From an uncultured Anaerolineales bacterium (lineage in GTDB: Bacteria > Chloroflexota > Anaerolineae > UBA7937 > B3-Chlor): a DNA stretch of 52,645 nt. The notes under the pieces were generated by a model. That model did no database searches and was not told the DNA's origin. It worked only from the letters and a program-made list of their open reading frames with translations. Positions 7,938 to 16,024 of the stretch are shown here, piece after piece (position 1 is the first letter of the stretch; each line of letters starts with the position of its first letter). The stretch is taken from the NCBI GenBank assembly GCA_964573815.1, contig CAZNMJ010000002.1, positions 1 to 52,645 on the forward strand, written 5' to 3'. Made by a program: the position numbers and the translations under genes.

Positions 7938-9386
7938 TCAACCTTTGATAACGCCGATGGGAATCAGTTTTGCTACCTTGAGGGCAAGCCCTGCTCCGGC
8001 CACTACATCCACCACTCGCTCGACATCCTTGTAGGCCTGGGGGGCCTCCTCGGCCAGGCCCGCCATGCTGCCAGCCTTGACGGCGATTCCATGCTTTCGC
8101 AGTTGCCGCATCAAGTCCTCACCCCAGATCGTCTTCTTGGCTTTCGTGCGGCTAAGCACCCGACCGGCTCCGTGGCACGTAGAGCCGAAAGTCAGATCGA
8201 GGGCTCTGTCGGTACCTACAAGGACATAGGATGCGGTCCCCATGCTGCCTGGTACGAGAACCGGCTGCCCGACTCCCTGGTAGACCTCGGGTAGCTCTTT
8301 GGAGCTCGGGCCGAAGGCGCGGGTGGCTCCCTTGCGGTGCACGACCAACTTTGCGCGCTTGCCATCGATTGTATAATGCTCCACCTTGCCGATGTTGTGG
8401 GCCACATCATAGACCTGCGTCAATTCCCACGAGGTTACCTTTCCTGCCAAGACCTCCTCAAAGGCACGACGCATCCAGTGGGCAATCACGTGGCGGTTGG
8501 TCCAGGCGAAGTTGGCCGATGCCGCCATGGCACCGAAGTAGTCTTGCCCCTCTGGTGACTCAAAGGGAGCGCAAACCAACTCGCGGTCCGGAAGCTGTAT
8601 GCCGTACTTCCGGACTGCTTTCTGCAGCAGCCTGACGTAGTCGCTGCAGACCTGATGACCGAGGCCACGAGAGCCGCAATGGATCTGCACGGCGATGAAG
8701 CCTTGACGCAGCCCGAAAACCTCGGCAACTTCTTCGTCATACACCTCCGTGACCTCGTCGATCTCCAGGAAGTGGTTCCCAGACCCCAGGGAGCCCAGTT
8801 GCCGCAAGCCTCGGTCCTTGGCCTTCTGGCTGACCGCAGAGGCATCGGCTCCGGGCATGCACCCGCGTTCCTCAGTGCGCTCCAGGTCTTCCTTCGTCCC
8901 ATAGCCTTTTGCCACTGCCCAGGAGACTCCTTGCTCCAGGACTCTGTCGAGATCCTTCTTTGAGATCTTGATTCCGCCTTTACCCAGCCCGGTCGGCACA
9001 AGGCGATACATCGCCTGTATTAGGTCCTCAACATACGGGTTCACGGCTTCTCGTTCGATGTCCGAGACCAGCACCCGTACACCGCAGTTGATATCATAAC
9101 CTATGCCGCCGGGTGATATGACCCCGTCGGGCGGCTTGGTCGCTGCCACGCCGCCGATGGGAAAACCGTACCCTTGATGGATGTCCGGCATGGCCAGCGT
9201 GTACTTCAGCACACCCGGTAGAGTGGTGGTGTTGACCAATTGCTCGACGGAGCGATCGGTCAGCGCGGCTTCCAGAAGCTCATTATCGGCGTAGATTCGT
9301 GCCGAGACCCGCATGTCATCTCTATGGCTCGCCGGTATCTCGTACAGGTACTTGTCCAGCTTCTTGAAGTCTTTCTTCTGGATCAT
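7938..9386 (-). CDS. rtcB: RNA-splicing/repair ligase RtcB (3'-phosphate/5'-hydroxyl RNA ligase)
   Basis: GYDINCGVR, GSGNHFLEIDEV, HCGSRGLGHQV and CHGAGR motifs; 482 aa. AAGGAGAG SD upstream. Confidence 0.95.
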   Translation of the reverse strand: MIQKKDFKKLDKYLYEIPASHRDDMRVSARIYADNELLEAALTDRSVEQLVNTTTLPGVLKYTLAMPDIHQGYGFPIGGVAATKPPDGVISPGGIGYDINCGVRVLVSDIEREAVNPYVEDLIQAMYRLVPTGLGKGGIKISKKDLDRVLEQGVSWAVAKGYGTKEDLERTEERGCMPGADASAVSQKAKDRGLRQLGSLGSGNHFLEIDEVTEVYDEEVAEVFGLRQGFIAVQIHCGSRGLGHQVCSDYVRLLQKAVRKYGIQLPDRELVCAPFESPEGQDYFGAMAASANFAWTNRHVIAHWMRRAFEEVLAGKVTSWELTQVYDVAHNIGKVEHYTIDGKRAKLVVHRKGATRAFGPSSKELPEVYQGVGQPVLVPGSMGTASYVLVGTDRALDLTFGSTCHGAGRVLSRTKAKKTIWGEDLMRQLRKHGIAVKAGSMAGLAEEAPQAYKDVERVVDVVAGAGLALKVAKLIPIGVIKG

Positions 9387-9484
9387 GATGAAGCTCTCCT
9401 TGTCTGGGGGAGTAGCCCGAAGACGCGCCTTGTGGACTGCGGCAACGTGCTCACTCCGGTCCGTAGGCCGCGGCCAGGCCCAAT

Positions 9485-9781
9485 CTACAGTTCTTCCACA
9501 ATCTCCTGGAATTCGGAGAAGGGGATGGCCGTCAAGGTCTGTGTGCTAGCTGCACCAAACGAGTTGGCGAGGAGGGCGACCTTGGCCGCCTCCCGCGCGT
9601 CGGCCGCCTCGAAGATGTGCAGGAAATCGTAGGCACCGAGTAACGCATAGCTCGCGACTCTCTTCGCCCCCGGACACTGGCGCGTAAGTTCAGCACCAAA
9701 TTCCTTGTCCGTCTCCACGAGCGACTTGACCTGGGTGGCACCTCCAGGAGAGATCTTGGACAGGAGAATAAATGTTGGCAT
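9485..9781 (-). CDS. GYD-domain protein
   Basis: 98 aa; MPTFILLSKISPGG...LLGAYDFLHIFEAADAREAAKVAL matches the GYD family layout (G-Y-D core seen as GAYD). Confidence 0.75.
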   Translation of the reverse strand: MPTFILLSKISPGGATQVKSLVETDKEFGAELTRQCPGAKRVASYALLGAYDFLHIFEAADAREAAKVALLANSFGAASTQTLTAIPFSEFQEIVEEL

Positions 9782-9819
9782 CTCTCAACCTCCCTGCCTT
9801 CTCTGACTGCCCGACCGCG

Positions 9820-10239
9820 CTACGTATCGAACACCACGGTGGCTGTGTATCCCTTGGCTGTCTTCTCAATGTTCAGATCATTGAAGGTCACTGCCTTGAT
9901 CACCGTCTTGGAGGCCCATCGATCTGTTCCCTGTACGATAGCCTCCAATCTCGTGGGCGATGCCTCGACTATCTCGATCTTCGTATAGACAACACCATCT
10001 ATCTCGTGAAGGTATAGAAGTTCGCTCAGCCAGTCGACCAGTAGGGTCTCATCATCCATAGCACACAACGATATCTCTTTCCGTGGCGATGATGGGCTGT
10101 CCTCCGAGTCGGCTATCAGCCAGAACATGCCGTGGGCAGCGTTGACCAAGAACTCGCTCCAGTCGACGCCATGGACCCTCAGAGCAGCGTCGGCCACATG
10201 TTCCAACTCTTCGAATGGCTTGGGAGCCGAGTTCTTCAT
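9820..10239 (-). CDS. Archease (RtcB activator/chaperone)
   Basis: 139 aa; the N-terminal FEELEHVADAALRVHG matches the archease fE.leHtAD motif. Its ATG overlaps the ribF TGA (ATGA). Confidence 0.85.
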   Translation of the reverse strand: MKNSAPKPFEELEHVADAALRVHGVDWSEFLVNAAHGMFWLIADSEDSPSSPRKEISLCAMDDETLLVDWLSELLYLHEIDGVVYTKIEIVEASPTRLEAIVQGTDRWASKTVIKAVTFNDLNIEKTAKGYTATVVFDT

Positions 10240-11168
10240 GGCTCCAGTTCTCGAAGCAGGCGCCGGGTCGCAGTCACGTCCTGCTTCATCTGCGCCATGA
10301 GTGCATCGGCGCTCTCGAAGCGACGCTCAGGCCGCAGTCGCTTGACGAAATGAACCTGCAAGGTCTCGCCGTACAAGTCACCAGCGAAATCGAGAACGTG
10401 AGCCTCAACAATGCGCCCCCCCCGATCGTCAAAGGTGGGGCGCACCCCCACGTTGACCACCGCCTGATGGTTGGCAGTGCCCCAGCGCACGTGGACAGCG
10501 TATATGCCATCGGCAGGAATCATCATTCTCTGGTCCACTGCGAGATTGGCAGTCGGGAACCCCAGTTGGTGCCCCCTCCGAGCACCGCTCACCACTTTTC
10601 CCCTCAGCGATGGATACCGTCCGAGAAGGTGGCTTGCTTCACTCACTCTTCCGTCACGCAGCAGGGCGCGGATGGCACTGCTGCTTATCACCTGGCCTTG
10701 ATGAGTAAGTGGCTCCAGAGCGTGCACGCGGAAGTCCAACTCTTGTCCCAAAGCAGTCAGGTAGGCTGCATCTCCTTGTCTCGCTCGGCCCAGGGCGAAG
10801 TCGGGTCCTGTCCATAGCTCGCTCATACGCAACTGCTTCAATAACGAGAGGACGAAATCCCGGGCCGATGTCTGGGATAGTTCCCTGGTGAAAGTGAGAG
10901 CCAACACGAAATCGAGGCCCAACTCGCTCAGCAGATCCAGTTTCTCTTCGAATGTAGTCAGGTAGCGAATGTCTCTGGCAGGGGCCAGCAGTTCGTGGGG
11001 ATGACGGTCAAAGGTGAGCACTCCTGCGAGCAAGTCGCCGGCTCTGGCGTTCTCGATCAGCTTGTCTATCAAATGGCGATGGCCCAGATGCACTCCGTCG
11101 AAGACACCGATGCACAGGGCAGACGGTTTCTCGAGAGCCGCGTCGGCCAGTTCACGCATTAGCTTCAT
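10236..11168 (-). CDS. ribF: Bifunctional riboflavin kinase / FAD synthetase
   Basis: IGVFDGVHLGHRHLI (nucleotidyltransferase HxGH) and a C-terminal kinase part (GFPTANL, YGETLQVHFVKRLRPERRF). The start was moved to ATG 11168 (MKLMRELAD). The ORF-track extension to 11420 would overlap truB by about 270 nt and is not protein-like. Confidence 0.9.
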   Translation of the reverse strand: MKLMRELADAALEKPSALCIGVFDGVHLGHRHLIDKLIENARAGDLLAGVLTFDRHPHELLAPARDIRYLTTFEEKLDLLSELGLDFVLALTFTRELSQTSARDFVLSLLKQLRMSELWTGPDFALGRARQGDAAYLTALGQELDFRVHALEPLTHQGQVISSSAIRALLRDGRVSEASHLLGRYPSLRGKVVSGARRGHQLGFPTANLAVDQRMMIPADGIYAVHVRWGTANHQAVVNVGVRPTFDDRGGRIVEAHVLDFAGDLYGETLQVHFVKRLRPERRFESADALMAQMKQDVTATRRLLRELEP

Positions 11169-12150
11169 AGAGGTCGAATACCTTTCTCGGTTGCCAGAGC
11201 TTTCGTTCCACCTCGTATCGGAGCAAAGCGACGAACCTGCCCGAGGACGAATAGGCGCGACAGAAGGGACCGTCCAGCGGGTCCAAACCCGTGACCGCTT
11301 GGCCCTGTCTGATCCTCGTCTCCGTATCTGGATCGAGCACGACCGCTTCGAAATGAAGAAGGGCTTCATCAAGGGGATGCAGGATACGAGGCCAGCGTCC
11401 GTTGGCGAAGCACTCCTCAACAGCGCTCAGGGACATTGCGTCGTCCAAAGTGAAGGCACCGCTGGCCAGGCGGACGAGGCCCCGCAAGTGAGCGCCGGTA
11501 CCCAGTGTCTCTCCCAGATCCCTGGCCAAGGCCCGAATGTAGGTGCCCTTGGAGCATTCTACACGCAGTCTGAGAGAAGGAGGCGTCCAATCAGTCAGTT
11601 CAAGGTCATAGATCTCCACCAGCCGGGGGCTTCGTTCCACCTCGATACCTCGACGAGCGAGTTCGTAGAGGGCCGTTCCTTTGTGTTTGAGCGCGGAGTG
11701 CATGGGCGGTATCTGCTGGATGCGGCCACGAAATTGAATGAGCATGTGCTCGATCTGCTCGCGGGAGATGGTTACCTCAGTAGTCTGGCGGATGACCTTG
11801 CCTTCGCTATCACCGGTATCGGTGCTAATGCCCAAGCGAATCTGGGCATCGTATTTCTTCCTGCCTTCCATCAGAAACTCGGTGACTCGCGTGGCCTGGC
11901 CCAGGCAAATGAGCAGCACACCAGAGGCCGCCGGATCCAGTGTGCCCGCGTGGCCCACACGTCTTGTGCCCGAGGCTCGGCGAATCCTATCTACGACGTC
12001 GTGGGAGGTGATCCCCAACGGTTTGTCGATGTTTAGGATGCCGGCGATGGCCCTTTTCCTCGGTTTGGCGTCGGTCGCAGATGGTGATTCCAGCCCACCT
12101 TCGCAGGCGAGACAGAATTCTCTGATCGTGCCACCGCGCTGCATCGTCAT
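11152..12150 (-). CDS. truB: tRNA pseudouridine(55) synthase
   Basis: GILNIDKPLGITSHDVV and GHAGTLDPAASGVL (catalytic Asp motif). Confidence 0.93.
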   Translation of the reverse strand: MTMQRGGTIREFCLACEGGLESPSATDAKPRKRAIAGILNIDKPLGITSHDVVDRIRRASGTRRVGHAGTLDPAASGVLLICLGQATRVTEFLMEGRKKYDAQIRLGISTDTGDSEGKVIRQTTEVTISREQIEHMLIQFRGRIQQIPPMHSALKHKGTALYELARRGIEVERSPRLVEIYDLELTDWTPPSLRLRVECSKGTYIRALARDLGETLGTGAHLRGLVRLASGAFTLDDAMSLSAVEECFANGRWPRILHPLDEALLHFEAVVLDPDTETRIRQGQAVTGLDPLDGPFCRAYSSSGRFVALLRYEVERKLWQPRKVFDLYEANA

Positions 12151-12176
12151 CCGTGTCCAGTCCTGGCTCAGTGTAT

Positions 12177-13133
12177 CTAGGCGTTCGAGTCCAATACCTC
12201 CTTGGCCTTGGAGAGCACGTCGCGTGTCACCTGGTCAAGATCTCCCTCCACTATGGCGCCCGCGGCCTGGGGGTGCCCCCCACCTCCGAAGTGAACAGCG
12301 ATCGGTGAGATGTCCACCCCCGGTCTGGATCTGATACTGACGTCTATCTGCCCGTCTTTCTTCTCCTTGAAGACTATCGCCGCCTTCGCATCACGGGCTG
12401 TGGCTAGCAGGTTCACAATGCCGTCACCATTGTCCGAGCTAGCTTTGCACTCGTTCTTCATGTCCAGTGTATTGAAGGACCAAACGAGATGTCCATCCAT
12501 CTGCATCTCATCGAGCATTCTGCCCCACAGGCGCAACGTGGCTAGCCTCCGCTGCCTGAAGTAGTTCTCATTGATCTCTATGAGCGACGCGCCTGCCTTC
12601 ATCAATTGGGCTGACATCTCCAAAGTGCGAGGTGAGGTGCTTGAAGTGCTGAAAGATCGGGTGTCTGTTACGATTCCCGTCAGCAAGTATGTGGCCAAGA
12701 GGGCATCCACGTGGATCTGCCAGTCTAGCAACAAGTCGAAGATAATTTCCGCAGTGGCCGCTGCCTCCGTTCGCACGAGGTTAACAGCCGCAAACATGGT
12801 GTTAGTGACATGGTGATCAATGTTCACGGTCGTCGTATCCAGGGATGGCACATGCCGATAGGCATTGCCAAGACGGTCTGGGTCACTGACATCCACGGTG
12901 ATGATCAGGTCTTCGCCGGTGATCTGTGGCGTCCCGAACGCGTCCGTTCCAGGCAAAAACAGAAGCGCCTCTGGCACTAGGTCGTCGCAGGCCACGCTGC
13001 AATCCTTGCCCATCATCCTCAGGGCGCGAGCCAGTGCCAGGGTAGAGCCGATGGTATCTCCATCGGGATCCACATGGGCTATGAGGAACATACGTTGGGC
13101 ACAGTCAATCAACTGCTGTAGTTGCTCACTCAC
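12177..13133 (-). CDS. nrnA: DHH/DHHA1 phosphoesterase (NrnA-type oligoribonuclease/pAp phosphatase)
   Basis: HVDPDGDTIGS, the DHH motif (NIDHHVTN) and GGGGHPQAAG (DHHA1). It sits in the rbfA-nrnA-truB position known from other bacteria. Confidence 0.85.
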   Translation of the reverse strand: MSEQLQQLIDCAQRMFLIAHVDPDGDTIGSTLALARALRMMGKDCSVACDDLVPEALLFLPGTDAFGTPQITGEDLIITVDVSDPDRLGNAYRHVPSLDTTTVNIDHHVTNTMFAAVNLVRTEAAATAEIIFDLLLDWQIHVDALLATYLLTGIVTDTRSFSTSSTSPRTLEMSAQLMKAGASLIEINENYFRQRRLATLRLWGRMLDEMQMDGHLVWSFNTLDMKNECKASSDNGDGIVNLLATARDAKAAIVFKEKKDGQIDVSIRSRPGVDISPIAVHFGGGGHPQAAGAIVEGDLDQVTRDVLSKAKEVLDSNA

Positions 13134-13516
13134 TCTTCACCCTGCTTCTTGGAGTTGTCTATGTCCCGCAGTATTCTGTCTATGCGCAGACCGTGCTCCA
13201 CGGAGCGGTCCAAGCGGAAACTCAACTCCGGGACATAACGCAGGTACACCGTCTGTCCCAGTTGTCGCCGCAGGTATCCGGCGGCTTTCTTCAGAGCGCT
13301 CAGCCCGTCTTCCTGCTGTTCGGGATCCCCCAGAAAGGTCACGTAGATGTGAGCCTGACGCAGATCAGAAGAGGTCTCTACATCCGTGATGGTTACGAAG
13401 TCGAGTCTCGGGTCCGCGACCTCTTTTTGCAGTAATTCACCTAGTGCTTCCCTGATCAGTGCACTCACTCTTCTCTGTCTGCGAGTAACCATAGATCTCC
13501 CAACCTTCTCCGCCAC
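13130..13516 (-). CDS. rbfA: Ribosome-binding factor A
   Basis: RRVSALIREALGELLQKEVADPRL...VTITDVETSSDLRQAHIYV is typical RbfA. ATG 13492 is an alternative start. The stop overlaps the nrnA start by 4 nt. Confidence 0.9.
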   Translation of the reverse strand: MAEKVGRSMVTRRQRRVSALIREALGELLQKEVADPRLDFVTITDVETSSDLRQAHIYVTFLGDPEQQEDGLSALKKAAGYLRRQLGQTVYLRYVPELSFRLDRSVEHGLRIDRILRDIDNSKKQGEE

Positions 13517-13556
13517 TCAGAGATGATTTGTTGGGACTCTGAGCGCTGGAGCGAAC

Positions 13557-15359
13557 TCAGGCGACTCGTTCTTTCTTGTACACCTCCAGGATGTCTCCCT
13601 CCTCGAAGTCCGTGAAGTTGTCCAACCCCACCCCGCACTCGAGACCCTCTGTTACCTCCTTGACATCTTCGGTGAAGCGCCTCAAGGAGTTGATGGTTCC
13701 GTCGTATATCTCTTCGCTGTCGCGGAGGACTCTGACCTGAGCGTTCCGCTTGACGGTGCCATCCCCCACGTACACACCTGCAACTCGACCTAGCTTTGAG
13801 GCGCGGAAGGTAGCTCTGACTTCCGCGTGGCCCAGAACAACCTCTTCATAGACTGGCTCCAGAAGCCCTTTGAGTGCCTTGTCGACGTCTTCGATGAGCC
13901 GGTAGATGACTGTGTAGTAACGAATCTGCACGCCCTCGACTTCCGCCATGGTGCGGGCGGCAGGTTCGGCTTGGACATTGAAGCCGATGACTATGGCTTG
14001 TGAAGCCACAGCCAGACTGATGTCTGACTCGGTAATGTTGCCTACTCCCTGGTGTATGATCCTCACTTTGAGATCCTCGTCGCCCAACTCCTCCAGTGAA
14101 TTGGCGACCGGCTCCAGTGTGCCCTGTACGTCAGCCTTCAGGATGACATTGAGCTCCTTGACTGTGCCGGCCTGCATCTGAGCGTAGATCTCGTCAAGGC
14201 TCAGAGCCCTCGCAGGCGCTTGCTCATCTGCTCGTATCTGCTCCGCGCGCTCTTCGGCTTGAGCTCGCGCGGTCTTCTCATCCCCCACCACTCTGAATAT
14301 GTCACCTGGTTGCGGCGCATCGGAGAGCCCCAGTACCACCACGGGAACGGAGGGCGGTGCGGCCTTCACCCTCTTGCCAGCATCGTCGAACATGGCTCGG
14401 ATGCGTCCATAGATGCCGCCTATCACGACATGGTCCCCGACACGAAGTGTGCCATTCTGGATCAGCAAAGTGGCTGTGGGGCCTCTGCTCCTATCGAGTT
14501 TGCCTTCGAGGACCGTTCCAGCTGCTGGACGATCGGGATTGCCTCTCAGGTCAGACATCTCCGCCACCAAAAGGATCATTTCCAGGAGAGTATCTATTGC
14601 CGTCCCCTCCTTGGCCGAAACGGGAACGGCGATTGTCTTGCCTCCCCAGTCCTCGACCGTCAACCCCACATCGGCCAGCTGTTTCTTGACCGCGTCGACA
14701 TCGGCGCTGGCCATGTCTATTTTGTTGATGGCCACCACTATGGGCACATTGGCAGCTCTAGCGTGATCGATGGCTTCCCTGGTCTGAGGCATGACGCCGT
14801 CATCCGCTGCCACGACTAGGACCGCGATATCAGTGACTTGAGCTCCCCGAGCGCGCATGGCTGTGAAAGCCTCGTGACCAGGTGTGTCTATGAACGTGAT
14901 CTTCTTGCCGTTTCGCTCAACCTGATAGGCACCGGTATGCTGGGTGATCCCGCCGGCCTCACCGGCCACCACATTGGTGTGCCTGATGTAGTCCAGTAGA
15001 GAAGTCTTGCCATGATTCACATGACCCAGGACCGTGACGACAGGCGCCCTGGGCTTCATGTCTTCTGGCGCCTCTTCGGCGTAGATCTCCTTGAGGGGTG
15101 CTTCCTCGGGGATGGCTGGCGCCTCGGGAGGGGATGGAACTTCCTCAACCTTTTCGAGGATTTCTTGCTGTATCTCGAAGCCCAGATCGGTTGCCACGAC
15201 GGCTGCTGTGTCGTAGTCGACGGTTTGATTGATGTTCGCCATGATCCCACTGCTGATGAGCAGCTTCATGACTTCTATGGGGCTGACTTCGAGCAAATCG
15301 GCCAAGTCTCTGACAGAGAGCTTATCCGGTATGCTGACTACCTTCTTTTCCCCTGCCAT
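13557..15359 (-). CDS. infB: Translation initiation factor IF-2 (short-N-terminus form)
   Basis: GHVNHGKTSLLD, DTPGHEAF and NKID G-domain motifs, plus the IF2_N segment VSIPDKLSVRDLADLL. ATG 15359 (MAGEKK) is preceded by GGGAGA; the ORF-track TTG 15398 is less likely. Confidence 0.95.
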   Translation of the reverse strand: MAGEKKVVSIPDKLSVRDLADLLEVSPIEVMKLLISSGIMANINQTVDYDTAAVVATDLGFEIQQEILEKVEEVPSPPEAPAIPEEAPLKEIYAEEAPEDMKPRAPVVTVLGHVNHGKTSLLDYIRHTNVVAGEAGGITQHTGAYQVERNGKKITFIDTPGHEAFTAMRARGAQVTDIAVLVVAADDGVMPQTREAIDHARAANVPIVVAINKIDMASADVDAVKKQLADVGLTVEDWGGKTIAVPVSAKEGTAIDTLLEMILLVAEMSDLRGNPDRPAAGTVLEGKLDRSRGPTATLLIQNGTLRVGDHVVIGGIYGRIRAMFDDAGKRVKAAPPSVPVVVLGLSDAPQPGDIFRVVGDEKTARAQAEERAEQIRADEQAPARALSLDEIYAQMQAGTVKELNVILKADVQGTLEPVANSLEELGDEDLKVRIIHQGVGNITESDISLAVASQAIVIGFNVQAEPAARTMAEVEGVQIRYYTVIYRLIEDVDKALKGLLEPVYEEVVLGHAEVRATFRASKLGRVAGVYVGDGTVKRNAQVRVLRDSEEIYDGTINSLRRFTEDVKEVTEGLECGVGLDNFTDFEEGDILEVYKKERVA

Positions 15360-15695
15360 GTTCCATCTCCCTTCTGACTCTTTCGCTTCGTGGCTCAAGT
15401 CCGTGCAACTAAGGCCGACATTACACGGAGTGTCGTTCTGTCCAACGATGTGGTGTCTAAGCTGTCTTCGGTGAGGGTTTCGAGCAGATGGCGGTGCGTA
15501 CCACGAACCATAGCGGGGAATGATGAGGCAGTTTTTGGGGAAGGCCCTGAGTTCCGTAGTTGATTCTAGGGACTCACCGTCATCGCTCCCTCGCTTGACT
15601 CGAATGGTGCTGGACAGCCGCTCACAACTCCTCTCTCCATGCGACTAGTGACATGTCAACTTGCTTACTCGTTCGAAGGTCGAAGCCATGCTGGG

Positions 15696-15704
15696 ATTCT
15701 ACCA
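15696..15704 (-). promoter_or_regulatory. Extended -10 promoter candidate (TGGTAGAAT) inside the ylxR-infB gap
   Basis: The minus-strand sequence reads TGGTAGAAT, identical to the element upstream of amt. An ATG (15689) lies 6 nt after the -10. Confidence 0.3.
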
Positions 15705-15742
15705 TCATTCCGCACGAAATTGCTACATCGTCCACAGTGGCG

Positions 15743-16024
15743 TCAAAGCGATTCACTTGGCAGGGAGCGGCAGTACTGCCGCAGATTCTCCTCCTGCTCA
15801 TTCGTGATCTTGGTCTTCAGAGCATGTTGCACAAGCTTCCGCGAGGAGGCCCTTTCCCAGCAGGCTCTGTTCGGACACAGATAGGCTCCTCGACCTGGTT
15901 TCTTTCCCTTCTCATCCACTTCAACGTCGCCACTGGGAAGGCGTACGATCCTAATGAGTTCTCTGGCAGGTTTGACTTGGCGACAAGCGACGCAGGTGCG
16001 CTGAGGCACATGCCTACGACGCAT
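15743..16024 (-). CDS. ylxR: YlxR/RnpM-family (DUF448) RNA-binding protein
   Basis: MRRRHVPQRTCVACRQVKPARELIRIV...GRGAYLC is the DUF448 signature. The start was set to ATG 16024 (93 aa). The ORF-track extension to 16252 runs antisense-frame through the nusA tail. The gene overlaps the nusA stop by 11 nt. Confidence 0.8.
   Translation of the reverse strand: MRRRHVPQRTCVACRQVKPARELIRIVRLPSGDVEVDEKGKKPGRGAYLCPNRACWERASSRKLVQHALKTKITNEQEENLRQYCRSLPSESL

Noticed and set aside
11014-12036. 340-aa plus-strand ORF antisense to ribF/truB. Similar long antisense ORFs occur at 15653-16588, 16845-17729, 26103-27038, 28003-28914, 43279-44136, 48756-49562 and 3808-4473.
   Set aside because: All lie entirely opposite genes with unambiguous family motifs. 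Their translations are Arg/Ser/Pro/Gly-rich without recognisable motifs. This is the typical shadow-ORF pattern in GC-rich coding DNA.
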